A stretch of DNA of 64,000 nt from Candidatus Poribacteria bacterium (GCA_965222225.1 CBDCTK010000002.1:3360001-3424000); one strand, 5' to 3'; shown: positions 20,536 through 31,314, counted from the stretch's first letter. Numbers and translations: made by a program. Notes: generated from the letters alone by a model not told the origin.

Positions 20536-20609
20536 AGCGCGATCGATGATCGTCAAATCGTCGATTTCCCCTCTTACTGCGCACCAGCCTTTGAAAGCGT
20601 CGGCACGGG

Positions 20610-20715
20610 ATCAAACGAGTGAATAACGATCGACTGAGTGATGAACGAAGGATCAAGGGAATGGATAATGACCGCGATAGAGTTCCCATAGAAGATCCCG
20701 TGCGATAGAGATTTC
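20610..20715 (+). repeat. Triple-nested GA-hairpin elements
   Basis: Starts at 20610, 20629, 20652; innermost copy is complete (20652-20687), followed by the two outer 3' halves in reverse order. Confidence 0.88.
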
Positions 20716-20785
20716 ACGGGTAATAGTAAGTCAAATGCCCAAAAATGGCGCTACTATCTATTTTTCAAACAGGTTCTAAAGTCAT

Positions 20786-23700
20786 TCAACATGTCTGAAA
20801 CTGACAGAGATTTACTTCCCTCCACGTTACAAGGTGTTGCTTCAGGCTTCTTTTCAACCACTTGCGTTCGTACATTGTCACATGGTTTGCCGCGGCGTGC
20901 TGACGTGTTTGCTTGGCAAACTCGCGATTCGTGATAATAATCGGCTGAAAGATGGCGTTGTATCTTTCCTCATAAAACGACTTTGCCGCTAGAATCTCAT
21001 CCACAGCTTCATTTCCCGGTTTGCCCCCTTCTTTACGTTGTTTGACCTGTATTAGCAATCCGCTGGTTCCCTCTTGGCTATGGTAGGCAATGACATCTGC
21101 CCCTTTGTCACCGGAAAAGGGTGTTAATTCAACACGATATCCTTGGGCTTGAAAAAGGGTAGCAACGAAGGCCTCAAAGAATGCTGGATCGAGTGCGTCA
21201 GCATCTTCTATCGTCAGCGGTGGTCCATCTTGTGGTTGGGATCGCGTTCGTCGTAGTTCATCCAGAATCTCTGTGCGAGTAACTTCGGCTTGTTCAGTGG
21301 GAAACAGCGTGCCCTGCGAAAGCTGGCGTTTTCGTTCAAGAAGTTCGTGCAGAACCACATCAAACGTCGGAAACTTGGGATGCGTTGCCATTGGCAGGTA
21401 AATATGCACGGGGCGCGTTTGCCCTATTCGGTAGACTCGATCACTCGCCTGATCTTCTTTGGCGGGATTCCACCAACGGCTATAGTGAATGACATGGTTC
21501 GCTTCCGTGATATTGAGCCCAACGCCAGCGGCGAGCGGGGACATGATGATAGCGTTGAAACCCGGTATGGCTTGAAAACGATTAACAGCTTGTTGCCGAC
21601 TCATCTTCATCGAATTTCCCCGTTGTGCGCTACCGGGCGTGTCACCATTCACGATAGAGATGTTCGCCAATCCGAAACGTCCTTGAATGACACGCTTCAA
21701 TAGATGCTGTGTTTTTCGACGTTCCGCAAACAGAATCACCTTTTCTCCATCATCAGCAATCTTTTTGAGAAGCTTTACTGTCACGAGCAGTTTTGCCGAT
21801 TGTTCAATCAAGTCTGGTGTAGGAACTTCCTCCCATTCAGAATCGGCCAACAGTGGATGGTCGGATATGTCTCGCAACTGGTGAAGAACCCTCAAGATAC
21901 TGTTCGGAGATTCCGGGCCCGTTGATTCGCTCTCGTGTACGGATTGAAGCGTAGCCACATAGCGGTCTGCCTGATTCAAAGGCATCTCTAATTGGCACTC
22001 TTGAACATGGATGTGTTTTTCGGGGAGATCTTTTAGAATGTCGGTTTTCAGTCGTCTCTTGAAGTGAACCCCGATGCGCTCTCGAATCTGATCCCCAAGT
22101 GCGCGAATGTTGGTATCAGGATGCTTAAGCGGGCGGCAGAAGTCTCGATCGAAGTTTTTCGCGCTGTCAAGATATCCCGGCGCTACAAAATCCGTAATAC
22201 ACCACAAATCCATTAGCGAATTTTCAACGGGCGTTCCCGTCAACGCAAGCCGAAAATCGGTTTTAAGCGCTTTCACGGCATTGGTGACCAATGCCCCCGG
22301 TGTCTTGATCCGCTGCGCCTCATCAATCACAACAGCAGCCCAGGGAATCAACCCCAAGTCTAACTGAAAGTCGCGAACGGTCTCATACGTGGTGAGTACC
22401 AGCTTGGCAGTTCGCAGGCGGTCTACATCAAGTGCCCCGCGGCGGCGGCGAAGTTCCGAGATTCGTTCCGCGCCTTCAAGTTCAGGAATCTCGTGGTTGA
22501 TTTCGCGCTTGAAGGCTTGCAGTTTCTTTCCGTACAACGTGATGAAATCTAATGAGCCTCCGTCAAAAAACTTTGGATACTCTGCTTGCCAATTTTATAG
22601 GAGCGCAATGGGAGCAACTATCAGGTGCGGCCGTTGCAAGTGATATTTAGCGTGGTGCCACTCCAGAAAACAGAGCACTTGCAGCGTTTTGCCGAGTCCC
22701 ATGTCATCGGCGAGCAAACCGCCGGGGTATTTCTCCTCCCAAAGTTGCTGTGCCCATGCAATCCCCTCCTCTTGATGCGGCAGGAGTTCTACTTCCTGTT
22801 TTAAATTCGGCGAAGGTTCTAGTAGATGACGAAACGGTTCTTTGACCGGTGGATCGGGTGTTGGTTGGACGTAACCGGGATCCTCAATATTTTCCTCGAT
22901 AATCAAGACCGGGGGCTCCAGCTTTTCATCCGGGCACGGTGGTTTCTTTCGGCGTTTGAGTTGCTTTTCGATGAATGGAAGATATCGCTCAACCTCGGAA
23001 ACGGGGAGTTGCCCATCTTTCCACGTCACCATTTTTTTGCCGGTCCTGTTTGCCCGATCAATCAAACCTTTCAGTTCGTCTAGTTCTCGCTGATCTTTGA
23101 CTGGTATCTTCGTGCGCTTTCCATCCTTGTCTTCAACGATAATGCCGGGAATCCATTCACTTTTGTAGGGCGAAATGAACGGATAAACCTTTGGTTGGTA
23201 GACTCCGATCGCACGGACGCGATGACTGAAAGAAAGGGGCTCATCTGTAGTTGGATCCAGTTCAACAATATCCGGATTGAAGTATGCTTGTGGCTGTTTG
23301 GCAATCTCGTCCAGTTCCTCACGGGAGACGCGACGAAAACGCTTAACGGAATCTAGTGCCTCTCGCTGCTCTTTCCGGAAGAGCACACGGGTTCGCGCAC
23401 CTTCAGGTTGGGAGATGTTGTATACGGCCTCAGGGTTCGGAAACTTGTCAAAAACCTCTTCAAACTTCGCGCCGTCAACTCCATCTACGTCAGGGATAAT
23501 CTCAATTCCATCTCCCGCCTCACGCAGACGCAAGCGAACGGTTCTCGGCGCGACAACATTCTCCTGATTCAGATAACAATCGAGTGCAGCCCCAGTCTGT
23601 GTCGCCAATCCTTTTATCGTTGCAAACTTGAGTAGATTCGCTTCGAAAATTTTGTCGTGCGCTTCCTGTTTATTGAAGGCATCTAATTCCTCTAATAGTG

Positions 23701-24175
23701 AGAATTGTTCGCCTGTCAGGAGATATGCCCACTCTGCTGTCAAACGCAACACGCAGCCGATCCGTTCTGGATGCAAGGGTTTTCGATCCGGTTGTAGAAA
23801 CTGATAATTGTAACGAAACTCCGGCTCATTGAGTGTCCCGCGTGAACCAATCTCAAGGTCAAATGGATACGGCTCCGGCAAACCGAGCAAACTCTGTTCA
23901 ACGAAGTCGAGACGACACACTTCCTCACACGGCATGAGAATCTCCGTGTCTGAGGATTCTGCTTGACCATTATCGAGCAGTTCCTTAAGCAACACCCATT
24001 GTGCCTGAGCATGATAGGCATTCGCTGGCAGGTTCTGGGCGTGTTTGGTCACTGAAAGACTATCCAACGGAGCGGTAAACCGAATGCCTGTTGGAATTTC
24101 CTGCCAGTTGAATTGTGGCGGCTCAGATTTGCTCTTTCCAAACAGGTTTAACATAGCAATTACCCTTCCAACCAA
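20786..24175 (-). pseudogene. zorD: Zorya type I ZorD (SNF2 helicase/ATPase + C-terminal Mrr-like nuclease) split by one in-frame TAA at 22595-22597
   Basis: GGLLADDMGLGKT, VAPIALL*NWQAE, IDEAQRIK, LTGTPVEN, GVGLNI, WWNPAKEDQASDRVYRIGQ, then FEAFVA..F...GDKGADV...QVK; both ORFs are in the same frame. Confidence 0.88.
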
Positions 24176-25554
24176 TAACCTCGCACTGGATCAATTCCAA
24201 GTTCATCCGTGATCCACGATTCAAATTTTTCCTGCCAATCGTAGCCCTCTGATTTTCTGTGAATTACACGATCTCTAGCGAAATACATGTTACGTAACTC
24301 CGCCATGTTATACGCCAAATTACCCAAATCAAACGGACGCTCCGCGTTATCATAGACATAGCAAGCTCCCGCGGTGCTGAACTCAACAAAAGTATGGTCG
24401 CCCATCTGAATGATGAAGGCGTGTTGATCAGGATTCCCACCCGTCAACTTCGCGGGTCGTCGTTCCTCATAATATTTTAGGGCTTGTGGGTTGTTCCTGA
24501 TGAGGTTCTGTACATTGCCGCGCAGCACCGGCCGACAAAATGAAATTCGTTCAAGATACGCCAACCAAAAGGCTTTTCGGTAAGCAAATTTCCGGTCATT
24601 GCAGGCTTTCGCAACGACATCAAAGAAAAACCGAAGGTCTTCTTTTGTGATCCATCCCGTAAAAATTCGTCTCGCTTCATCGGAAACGCCACGCCAATTT
24701 GCAACGTTTCCCGTAATTCTCGGGTCTTTCCATTTTCCGAGAACGTAGGATTGAACTGGTTGCCGAAAATCATCGAAAGCGTCAATGCCAAGTCTTTCAA
24801 TAGTTCTCGACACGATAGCACGGCTTGCGTTGTCGTCTCCATGCACCTTAACAAATTCGATGATGTCTGCAACAGTCTCCCGATCAAGGCGATGGTTGCT
24901 CTCGAAGAGTTCTTCGACATACGCCATTCCAACGATACCGAAGTAACAATAGTCGTGCATTTGAGTGGGCAACTTAAGATGCGACCAAATATCCGATAAG
25001 TTCACCCCGTCCCGTAACAAACTCATTGCTAGCTGATTAGCTCCGCTCTCTTCACAATACCACGCTAAATTGGCTTTGAGGTTCTGAAAAAACTTCTGGC
25101 GTCCTTCGTAATTTGCGAGGTGTCTTCTGACAAACGCGCGCAACAACCCCGCTCCCCACGCATCCCATGCTCGCAGCAGGGCATTAAAAACGCCGTGCAA
25201 CTGGCGCATGCGGAACCGGTCTTCAATGAGTTGGAGCGCGTCGCGGAGCTCCGGTGTGTCCACAATCCGGTGAAGATTAACCTCGGAGTAGGTCAACGCC
25301 CACGCAAGCCGCCGGATGCGTCTAAGCGAGTCAAACTCGGTATCCAGCCTTCCAGTTCGGATGGCATTGAAGAAGAGGTGATAAATCTCACGCAAATCTT
25401 CCTTCGCGGGAATATTGCACATACTATTATGCTTCCTTTCTATTCCCTCCAAATCCGAAACTATCTTTGGTGGTATTGCAGTAGGCTTCGGCGCGCGACG
25501 AACGAACTCGTCCGCATCGAAATCGAATTGAAGCAATTCTCTGGCCGAATTCAT
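24160..25554 (-). CDS. zorC: Zorya ZorC (EH-signature domain protein)
   Basis: WKDPR...W, FF.......RKAFW..Y, FIIQMG..TFVEFS..GACY, H...WQ..F; lies between zorB and zorD. Confidence 0.85.
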   Translation of the reverse strand: MNSARELLQFDFDADEFVRRAPKPTAIPPKIVSDLEGIERKHNSMCNIPAKEDLREIYHLFFNAIRTGRLDTEFDSLRRIRRLAWALTYSEVNLHRIVDTPELRDALQLIEDRFRMRQLHGVFNALLRAWDAWGAGLLRAFVRRHLANYEGRQKFFQNLKANLAWYCEESGANQLAMSLLRDGVNLSDIWSHLKLPTQMHDYCYFGIVGMAYVEELFESNHRLDRETVADIIEFVKVHGDDNASRAIVSRTIERLGIDAFDDFRQPVQSYVLGKWKDPRITGNVANWRGVSDEARRIFTGWITKEDLRFFFDVVAKACNDRKFAYRKAFWLAYLERISFCRPVLRGNVQNLIRNNPQALKYYEERRPAKLTGGNPDQHAFIIQMGDHTFVEFSTAGACYVYDNAERPFDLGNLAYNMAELRNMYFARDRVIHRKSEGYDWQEKFESWITDELGIDPVRGYWLEG

Positions 25555-25576
25555 TTTACCTCCTGTGTACTCCTAT

Positions 25577-26299
25577 TCAAGGAGAACGTATTCCAGGTTC
25601 AATCTCCAATAATTTCTCCGCCGTCGGCGACACCATATCCCAATCCCGTAACCGAAACTGAAATTCGACGCGGCGGTTCTGGGCGCGCCCTTCTTCCGTA
25701 TCGTTAGGCGCAATCGGCTGGACGAAACTCCGCCCGTTTGCGGACAGTAATTTTTTCAAATCCTCCGCGTAACGAAACGCCCCAAACTCTTTTGCAAATA
25801 AATATGCGGCCACACTATTTGCGCGGCGAAGGCTCAGTCTGAGATTATACTCATACCCACCAACATTGTCCGTATGCCCCTCAATAATCACCTGTGCAAT
25901 ATGTTCCTTCACCAGGGGATCGGAGAGCAGAATCCCCACATATTGGGGAGTAAATTGTCGAAGGAACACCTTTCCCGTCTCCTTAAGTTCAGCTTTCCCG
26001 AAATCGAACAAAACGCCCTCAGTGATGCGGATTACCCCGGTGTCAGGGTCAACTTCAACATCAAAATCGGAAAGTTCTTGAAGTAATCGACTGATGAGTA
26101 GCTTTTTGATTCGTTCCCGGTCGTCAAGTAATTCTAATTCTCTTCGCTTTTCCTCCATCAGGTTTTCAAGCCGCAACATGACAAAAGAAAGCAGAAGCAC
26201 GAAAATCAGCAGTAACCCTGCCATCAAGTCACCCAACGATAGACTGAATGGGTTTTCGTCGGAAAGCGTCTTGGATTTCGGTGGTAATCTTCGCATCAC
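25577..26299 (-). CDS. zorB: Zorya ZorB (MotB/OmpA-like peptidoglycan-binding protein)
   Basis: TM helix SLGDLMAGLLLIF with conserved Asp; VLFDFG, IEGHTD, NLRLSLRRANSV, NRRVEFQF. Confidence 0.92.
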   Translation of the reverse strand: MMRRLPPKSKTLSDENPFSLSLGDLMAGLLLIFVLLLSFVMLRLENLMEEKRRELELLDDRERIKKLLISRLLQELSDFDVEVDPDTGVIRITEGVLFDFGKAELKETGKVFLRQFTPQYVGILLSDPLVKEHIAQVIIEGHTDNVGGYEYNLRLSLRRANSVAAYLFAKEFGAFRYAEDLKKLLSANGRSFVQPIAPNDTEEGRAQNRRVEFQFRLRDWDMVSPTAEKLLEIEPGIRSP

Positions 26300-28443
26300 C
26301 TATTGCCGGACATGGACGGTAGTCGATCAATCCGATCGTTCAACTCTTCAATATTATCACGTTGTTCTTGGATGCTTGCATCCAGTGACTGTACCGCACT
26401 GGCCAACTGAGTAGCTAACCGTGTGAGATAATCATTGATTGACTCACGGGTGGTTTCGGCGTACTCACTTAATCCTTTTTGAATCTCCGCGAATATATCC
26501 TTCAATTCATCCCGTATCTCAGGGAATTGTTCAAGGGTGTCATTAAGCATCCCGTTGAGTTGTCGAATTGTCTCACGATTCGCTGCGAGATAGTTCTTGT
26601 TTTCTTGATTAAACGCCTGGCTCGCTTGAGTCAACTGTTGACCCGCGGTTTCAAGGCGATTAGCGCCTAGCATCAACTGACTGGACAAAGTCTGGGTCGT
26701 CTCAATCATTTGGCTGACGCTTGTTACGGTTGTATTCATCTGTTCCAACATGTCGCGTCCTCTCGCGAGTGCTTCCTGCGAGTTAGCGATTTGAGCGTTG
26801 ATAGCTCTAATTTGATCGCCTTGTTGATTTAGTAGCGCGCTGACACTTTGCTCTCCTGCTTTAAGGATTGACTCAAGCCGTCCGGCTGATTGATCAACGA
26901 GTTGCCGCATTCGATCTGTTGACTCCGTAAAGGCTGCCGAAGTTTGCGAAGTGATGTTGCCGATAGCTTGCTGCTGCGTATCAAGGGTCGAAGTGAGTGC
27001 CTGTTGTAAGTCGGTAATTGCTGCTTCAAGCGTTTGGATGCTTTGATTAGAAACCGCCTCAATATCCGCCATCCGTCGATTCAACTGTTCGCCTGTCTGA
27101 TTTGCAGACGATTCCAATAACTCGCGCATCCGGGTTGTCATTGCCTCGGACTCTGTGGCATTTTGTGACGCAGTAGACGTGATTGATTCTTGCAATTGGG
27201 TAATTGTGCTTTGGAGCGCTTGAATACTCTGATTAGTTGCCTCTGACAGGCTGGACTGTTGTAGATCGACAGCGCTTTGAAATGCGTTGAGCATTCGGTC
27301 CATCAGGTTTTGTAATTGCCCAGTCTGTTCTTCGGATGTTGCGGACAATAATTGGCGACTGCCGTTAATCTGCTCCTGCACACCTGCCATCATGCTTGTC
27401 AACTGCTCGGGTAAAGTTGACAAACTTTCGCTTGCACTGCGGACAGTTTCCGCAAGCCCCTCCAATTGTGCAGTAGTTGACCCTGAGAGCGATTCATGGA
27501 ATTCTTCAACCAATCGTTGGATGGCATCTGTCGAAGATTCTTCCTTTTGTCGTTGCAATTCCTCTACAGCTTTGTTAAGGCTATCCAGACTCGGTGTCAA
27601 CTGTTCTGCCATCGCACTGCTGAAGGCTTCGGGGGCGTTGTGAAGTTCCTGAATGATTTCTTCGCGCCCCTGTGTCATCGCACTCTTAATCTCGTTTGCC
27701 AAATCTGTCGAGAATGATTTGAGCGCCGCTGTCTGTTGTGCGAGTTCGTCTTCTTGGCGAAACAAGATCGCTTCTTGTGTCGTCAGCGTGAACAACTTAT
27801 CGAGTGCGCGTTGTAGATTCGTGATGGCTTGACTTATCCGACCCATGCGCCGCTTTTCAAATAGATTGAACACAAGCGAAACAGACATTCCCCAAACGGA
27901 AGTCACAAATGCTGTTGATACACCCGATAGCAGCGTTTTGATAGCATCGCCAATTTCCTCAATCTCGGTAAAGTCAATCCCCGCAAAGGGTCTCAATCCC
28001 CAAACAAGCCCAACAAAGGTACCAAGAATTCCGAGTCCAACCAATAGGGCGGGCACGCTATTCCAAAACCTAAGGTTCAATTGTTGATCCAAGAGGCGGT
28101 CCTCGCCAAAGAAAAGTGATGAGTCGTCCGTTTTATATACAACTTCTGGGTCTTCACGAGGATGCTCAATTAGTGAATCCTCAAACTCCTGCCATGCTTC
28201 AGCGAGGTTATTGCGTTCAAAACTGATTTTCAAGTTGTGCTTAAATGATGGTTGAGCAGGTCTTTTGTATTTGTCCACCTCTTTGCTCAAGCTGTCAATT
28301 CGGCTCGCGCGACGAAAGGTTTTCCGCATTAAAATTATCGACAAGATTATAAAAGTCGAAAGGATTACAGAAATAAAACCGTCCATAATCTTATCGGTCT
28401 CGCCCCACCACCACGGGAGTAATAGATCAATAAATTCGCTCAT
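26296..28443 (-). CDS. zorA: Zorya ZorA (MotA/TolQ/ExbB-like membrane domain + long helical tail)
   Basis: PALLVGLGILGTFVGLVWGL...LLSGVSTAFVTSVWG followed by about 480 aa of Q/S/L-rich helical tail; overlaps zorB start. Confidence 0.92.
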   Translation of the reverse strand: MSEFIDLLLPWWWGETDKIMDGFISVILSTFIILSIILMRKTFRRASRIDSLSKEVDKYKRPAQPSFKHNLKISFERNNLAEAWQEFEDSLIEHPREDPEVVYKTDDSSLFFGEDRLLDQQLNLRFWNSVPALLVGLGILGTFVGLVWGLRPFAGIDFTEIEEIGDAIKTLLSGVSTAFVTSVWGMSVSLVFNLFEKRRMGRISQAITNLQRALDKLFTLTTQEAILFRQEDELAQQTAALKSFSTDLANEIKSAMTQGREEIIQELHNAPEAFSSAMAEQLTPSLDSLNKAVEELQRQKEESSTDAIQRLVEEFHESLSGSTTAQLEGLAETVRSASESLSTLPEQLTSMMAGVQEQINGSRQLLSATSEEQTGQLQNLMDRMLNAFQSAVDLQQSSLSEATNQSIQALQSTITQLQESITSTASQNATESEAMTTRMRELLESSANQTGEQLNRRMADIEAVSNQSIQTLEAAITDLQQALTSTLDTQQQAIGNITSQTSAAFTESTDRMRQLVDQSAGRLESILKAGEQSVSALLNQQGDQIRAINAQIANSQEALARGRDMLEQMNTTVTSVSQMIETTQTLSSQLMLGANRLETAGQQLTQASQAFNQENKNYLAANRETIRQLNGMLNDTLEQFPEIRDELKDIFAEIQKGLSEYAETTRESINDYLTRLATQLASAVQSLDASIQEQRDNIEELNDRIDRLPSMSGNR

Positions 28444-28477
28444 AACCCTCCTCGTTCATGATTGATTTGAGAGTGCC

Positions 28478-29842
28478 CTAAATCCGAGACTTCGCCTTGA
28501 GCTCAAGATACTTGTTCACCACTTCCATCGTCAACTGGTGCGCCGGAACATCAAGCGTGATGACGCCTCGACTCCGCAGAATCTCCAACATCGCCTGTTT
28601 CTCCTGCAGCAATCTCTCGGCAATTGCCCGTTGGTAGACTATTTTGGAACTCGTCGGCTTCTGTGTGGCGAGTGCGATGATGCCGGAGTCCGTCAACGTC
28701 ACACAGGCGATGAGGTGGTGTCTGGCGAGCGTCGTCACATAATGCGCCAGTCCTTCCGCCGCATCCCTGTCCAAGATATCCGTAAAAAGGATAACCAGCG
28801 CGCGTTTACGCTGCTTCGACGCCAAGAATTTGAAGGCGGTCTCGAAATCCGGCTCCACCGGATAAACCTGCAAGGCGTAGGTAGCTTCTAGCATGGCGAG
28901 GAATTGCTTTTTGCCCGGTTTGGGGTCTAGGTATCGGTGCACGGTGTCTGAAAAAGCGATTAAGCCCACCTTATCCCCTTTGAGTGTTGAAACGTAGCTT
29001 GTCATGAGGGTGGTGTTGATGGCGTAATCCAGTTTAATCATCGCTTGCCCTGAGTTCGACGCTGCATCCGGTGTGTCATCCTGTTCTTGCGCCTCTGTCA
29101 GAATCGGCGATGCCATCAGCCTGCCGGCGTCCAACATAATCACCACGTCCTGGCTGCGTTCTGTCTCAAACTCCCGGACAATCGGTTTTCGGTGTCTCGA
29201 AGTCGCCTTCCAATCGACGCGGCGGATGTCATCATCGGGTGTGTAATCACGCAGCCGCTCGAATTCCGTCCCCTCGCCAAATTGCCGTGAGTTTTTCAAT
29301 CCAAGTTGACCCAGCATCCCGCGTCTCACCAGCAATTCGTACTGTCGAATGGCGTGCAGGTTGGGATAAACCTTCACCTCTGCTGCCGCCTTGACCCGAC
29401 GTTGGCGGATAATCAGCCCCAAAATCCCCCAACACTGTACGTGGATGTCCCCAAAATGGTAAATGCCGCGGCGCGATGGCGTGAGTCGATAGACGACGTT
29501 TTCACCTTCGCCCGCATCCGCATAAATTTCGTGAATTACACGGTCAAACCGAAACGTCGGAGGAAAATCATCCTTCAGTCGCAACCGTAAACCATGGCGA
29601 GAACGGTTGATAACGCGCAGCGTCACGACGTTTTCCGCACCCAACGAGAACTTGGAGTTCATCAGGCGGGTAACCTCAACCCTTGTGAATAGCGGGGTTT
29701 TCACGTAATCGACGAGGCAAACGACCAACAGCAGCGTCAGATAGACGGCATCGACTACCAACAAATTGGGCGAAACCGAGTAAAGCATAATCGGAATCGC
29801 TGACGGCAACAGGAAGCCGAGAAGCCGTTTACTAAATCGCAT
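28478..29842 (-). CDS. DUF58 domain protein (MoxR partner)
   Basis: GEGTEFERLRDY.PDDD.RRVDWKATSR...VREFETERSQ.V.IMLD.GRLM. Confidence 0.92.
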   Translation of the reverse strand: MRFSKRLLGFLLPSAIPIMLYSVSPNLLVVDAVYLTLLLVVCLVDYVKTPLFTRVEVTRLMNSKFSLGAENVVTLRVINRSRHGLRLRLKDDFPPTFRFDRVIHEIYADAGEGENVVYRLTPSRRGIYHFGDIHVQCWGILGLIIRQRRVKAAAEVKVYPNLHAIRQYELLVRRGMLGQLGLKNSRQFGEGTEFERLRDYTPDDDIRRVDWKATSRHRKPIVREFETERSQDVVIMLDAGRLMASPILTEAQEQDDTPDAASNSGQAMIKLDYAINTTLMTSYVSTLKGDKVGLIAFSDTVHRYLDPKPGKKQFLAMLEATYALQVYPVEPDFETAFKFLASKQRKRALVILFTDILDRDAAEGLAHYVTTLARHHLIACVTLTDSGIIALATQKPTSSKIVYQRAIAERLLQEKQAMLEILRSRGVITLDVPAHQLTMEVVNKYLELKAKSRI

Positions 29843-29891
29843 GCGGGTTCCTACCTATTGTTTGAATCACGGATTAAACTGGTGGCACGAA

Positions 29892-30845
29892 CTAGCGCGG
29901 GATTTCCAATTCGGCGAGCAATCTCTCAATCACGTTGTCCGCGGACAGCCCCTCAATTTCCGCTTCCGGTTTCAGAAGCACCCGATGCCGATAGACATGC
30001 GGGGCTAAGCGCTTCACATCATCCGGCAAGATGTAACCCCGTCCCTGTATTGCCGCGTAGGTTTTGCACCCTAATAGCAGCGAGATTGACGCGCGCGGAC
30101 TGCCGCCCAAAATGAGGTCGTCCGAACTGCGCGAGGCTTCGGCAATATCCACAATGTAGTTGAAAATGGAATCCTCAACCGTGACCGCCTGAATCGCCGC
30201 TTGGCATTGCAGAAGTAAATCCCTATCAATGACACCTTCAACCCCGGCATCCGCAAGTTGAGAGGCATCGAAGCCGTTGTGATAGTTAATCAGCACCTGC
30301 TGCTCCATCTCTCGCCCCGGATAATCGACGCGCAACTTGAATAGAAATCGATCCAATTGGGCTTCGGGAAGCGGATAGGTGCCTTCGTATTCCACTGGAT
30401 TCTGCGTTGCCATTACCATAAACGGCGCAGCCAGTTCGTGGCGGACGCCGTCAATACTGACCTGCCGCTCCTCCATACATTCGAGGAGCGCCGATTGAGT
30501 CTTTGCCGGAGCACGGTTGATTTCATCTGCCAGCAAAACGTTGGTGAAAACCGGTCCCCGCTTTAGGTTGAATTGATGCGTCCCGAGATCATAAACGCTC
30601 GTCCCGACAATGTCCGATGGCATGAGATCGGGCGTGAATTGCACCCGGCTAAATTCACCCGACACCACCATCGCCAACGTTTTCGCAATGAGAGTTTTGG
30701 CAGTACCGGGGACACCTTCAAGCAGTACATGCCCGCCGGATAGGAAACCGACCACTACCAGTTCAAACAGTTCCTCCTGCCCGACGATGACCTTTCGGGT
30801 TTCCTGTTTCATTCTTTCAAATACGCCTTGAATTAAATCGGACAT
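29892..30845 (-). CDS. MoxR-family AAA+ ATPase
   Basis: [64 protein letters not shown]; AGGAGG RBS before ATG 30845. Confidence 0.95.
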   Translation of the reverse strand: MSDLIQGVFERMKQETRKVIVGQEELFELVVVGFLSGGHVLLEGVPGTAKTLIAKTLAMVVSGEFSRVQFTPDLMPSDIVGTSVYDLGTHQFNLKRGPVFTNVLLADEINRAPAKTQSALLECMEERQVSIDGVRHELAAPFMVMATQNPVEYEGTYPLPEAQLDRFLFKLRVDYPGREMEQQVLINYHNGFDASQLADAGVEGVIDRDLLLQCQAAIQAVTVEDSIFNYIVDIAEASRSSDDLILGGSPRASISLLLGCKTYAAIQGRGYILPDDVKRLAPHVYRHRVLLKPEAEIEGLSADNVIERLLAELEIPR

Positions 30846-30968
30846 AGTCCTCCTATTCTGAAACCGAGTTTTTCCTTGAAAACTCGGTTTCTTTTTCGCG
30901 CAACCGAGTTGGATGAGCAAACATCAACTCGTTGATTTCCCCTCTTCTCATTGCACATCCGGCGTGGG

Positions 30969-31038
30969 ATCAAAGGAACGAATAGATCAACCGAGCGAAT
31001 AGCGAGGACGATAGAGATCCCACTGCGATAGAGATCCC
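30969..31038 (+). repeat. Double-nested GA-hairpin elements
   Basis: Outer starts 30969, complete inner copy 30986-31021, outer 3' half ACTGCGATAGAGATCCC 31022-31038. Confidence 0.88.
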
Positions 31039-31124
31039 TAAAGCCCCAATTTATCGGGATTGGCATTATGCTTTTTTAATCGGCGCACTCCCCACCTTCT
31101 CGGTCTGATTGACGAATCCAGACC

Positions 31125-31221
31125 ATCAATTGAGCGAATAGCGAGTGATCAAGCGACCGGCAAGGAAGCGCGATAGAGCTCCGATAGAAAATCCCATGCG
31201 ATAGAGTTCCCATAGAGATCC
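31125..31221 (+). repeat. Nested GA-hairpin cluster with two 5' ends and four 3' ends
   Basis: Starts 31125 and 31148; 3' tails end at about 31183, 31195, 31211, 31221; followed by REP arm TTCCAGCCCGACCCTAC. Confidence 0.8.
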
Positions 31222-31278
31222 TTTCCAGCCCGACCCTACGAGAGATCCCACTTAGCCAATCCTAATCCGCGTAATCCG

Positions 31279-31314
31279 ATCAAGCGAGTGGTTAACGAGT
31301 GCGATAGAGATCCC
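31279..31314 (+). repeat. 36-nt GA-hairpin element inside a TAATCCG(C)G tandem repeat
   Basis: TAATCCGCGTAATCCG|ATCAAGCGAGTGGTTAACGAGTGCGATAGAGATCCC|GTAATCCGCG. Confidence 0.85.

Noticed and set aside
20501-20689. Short ORFs overlapping repeat clusters (also 30833..31066, 39733..39915, 50555..50800, 58795..59082)
   Set aside because: They are translations of repeat DNA or antisense shadows with no RBS or protein-like features.
20500-20715. CRISPR array, suggested by the 36-37 nt repeat length
   Set aside because: No unique spacers of regular length; copies are nested inside each other, vary in a covarying way and are dispersed; no cas genes in the window.
20786-24175. Five-gene Zorya variant with a naturally split zorD
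   Set aside because: The break falls inside helicase motif Ia, both halves share one frame, and the second ORF has only a TTG start.
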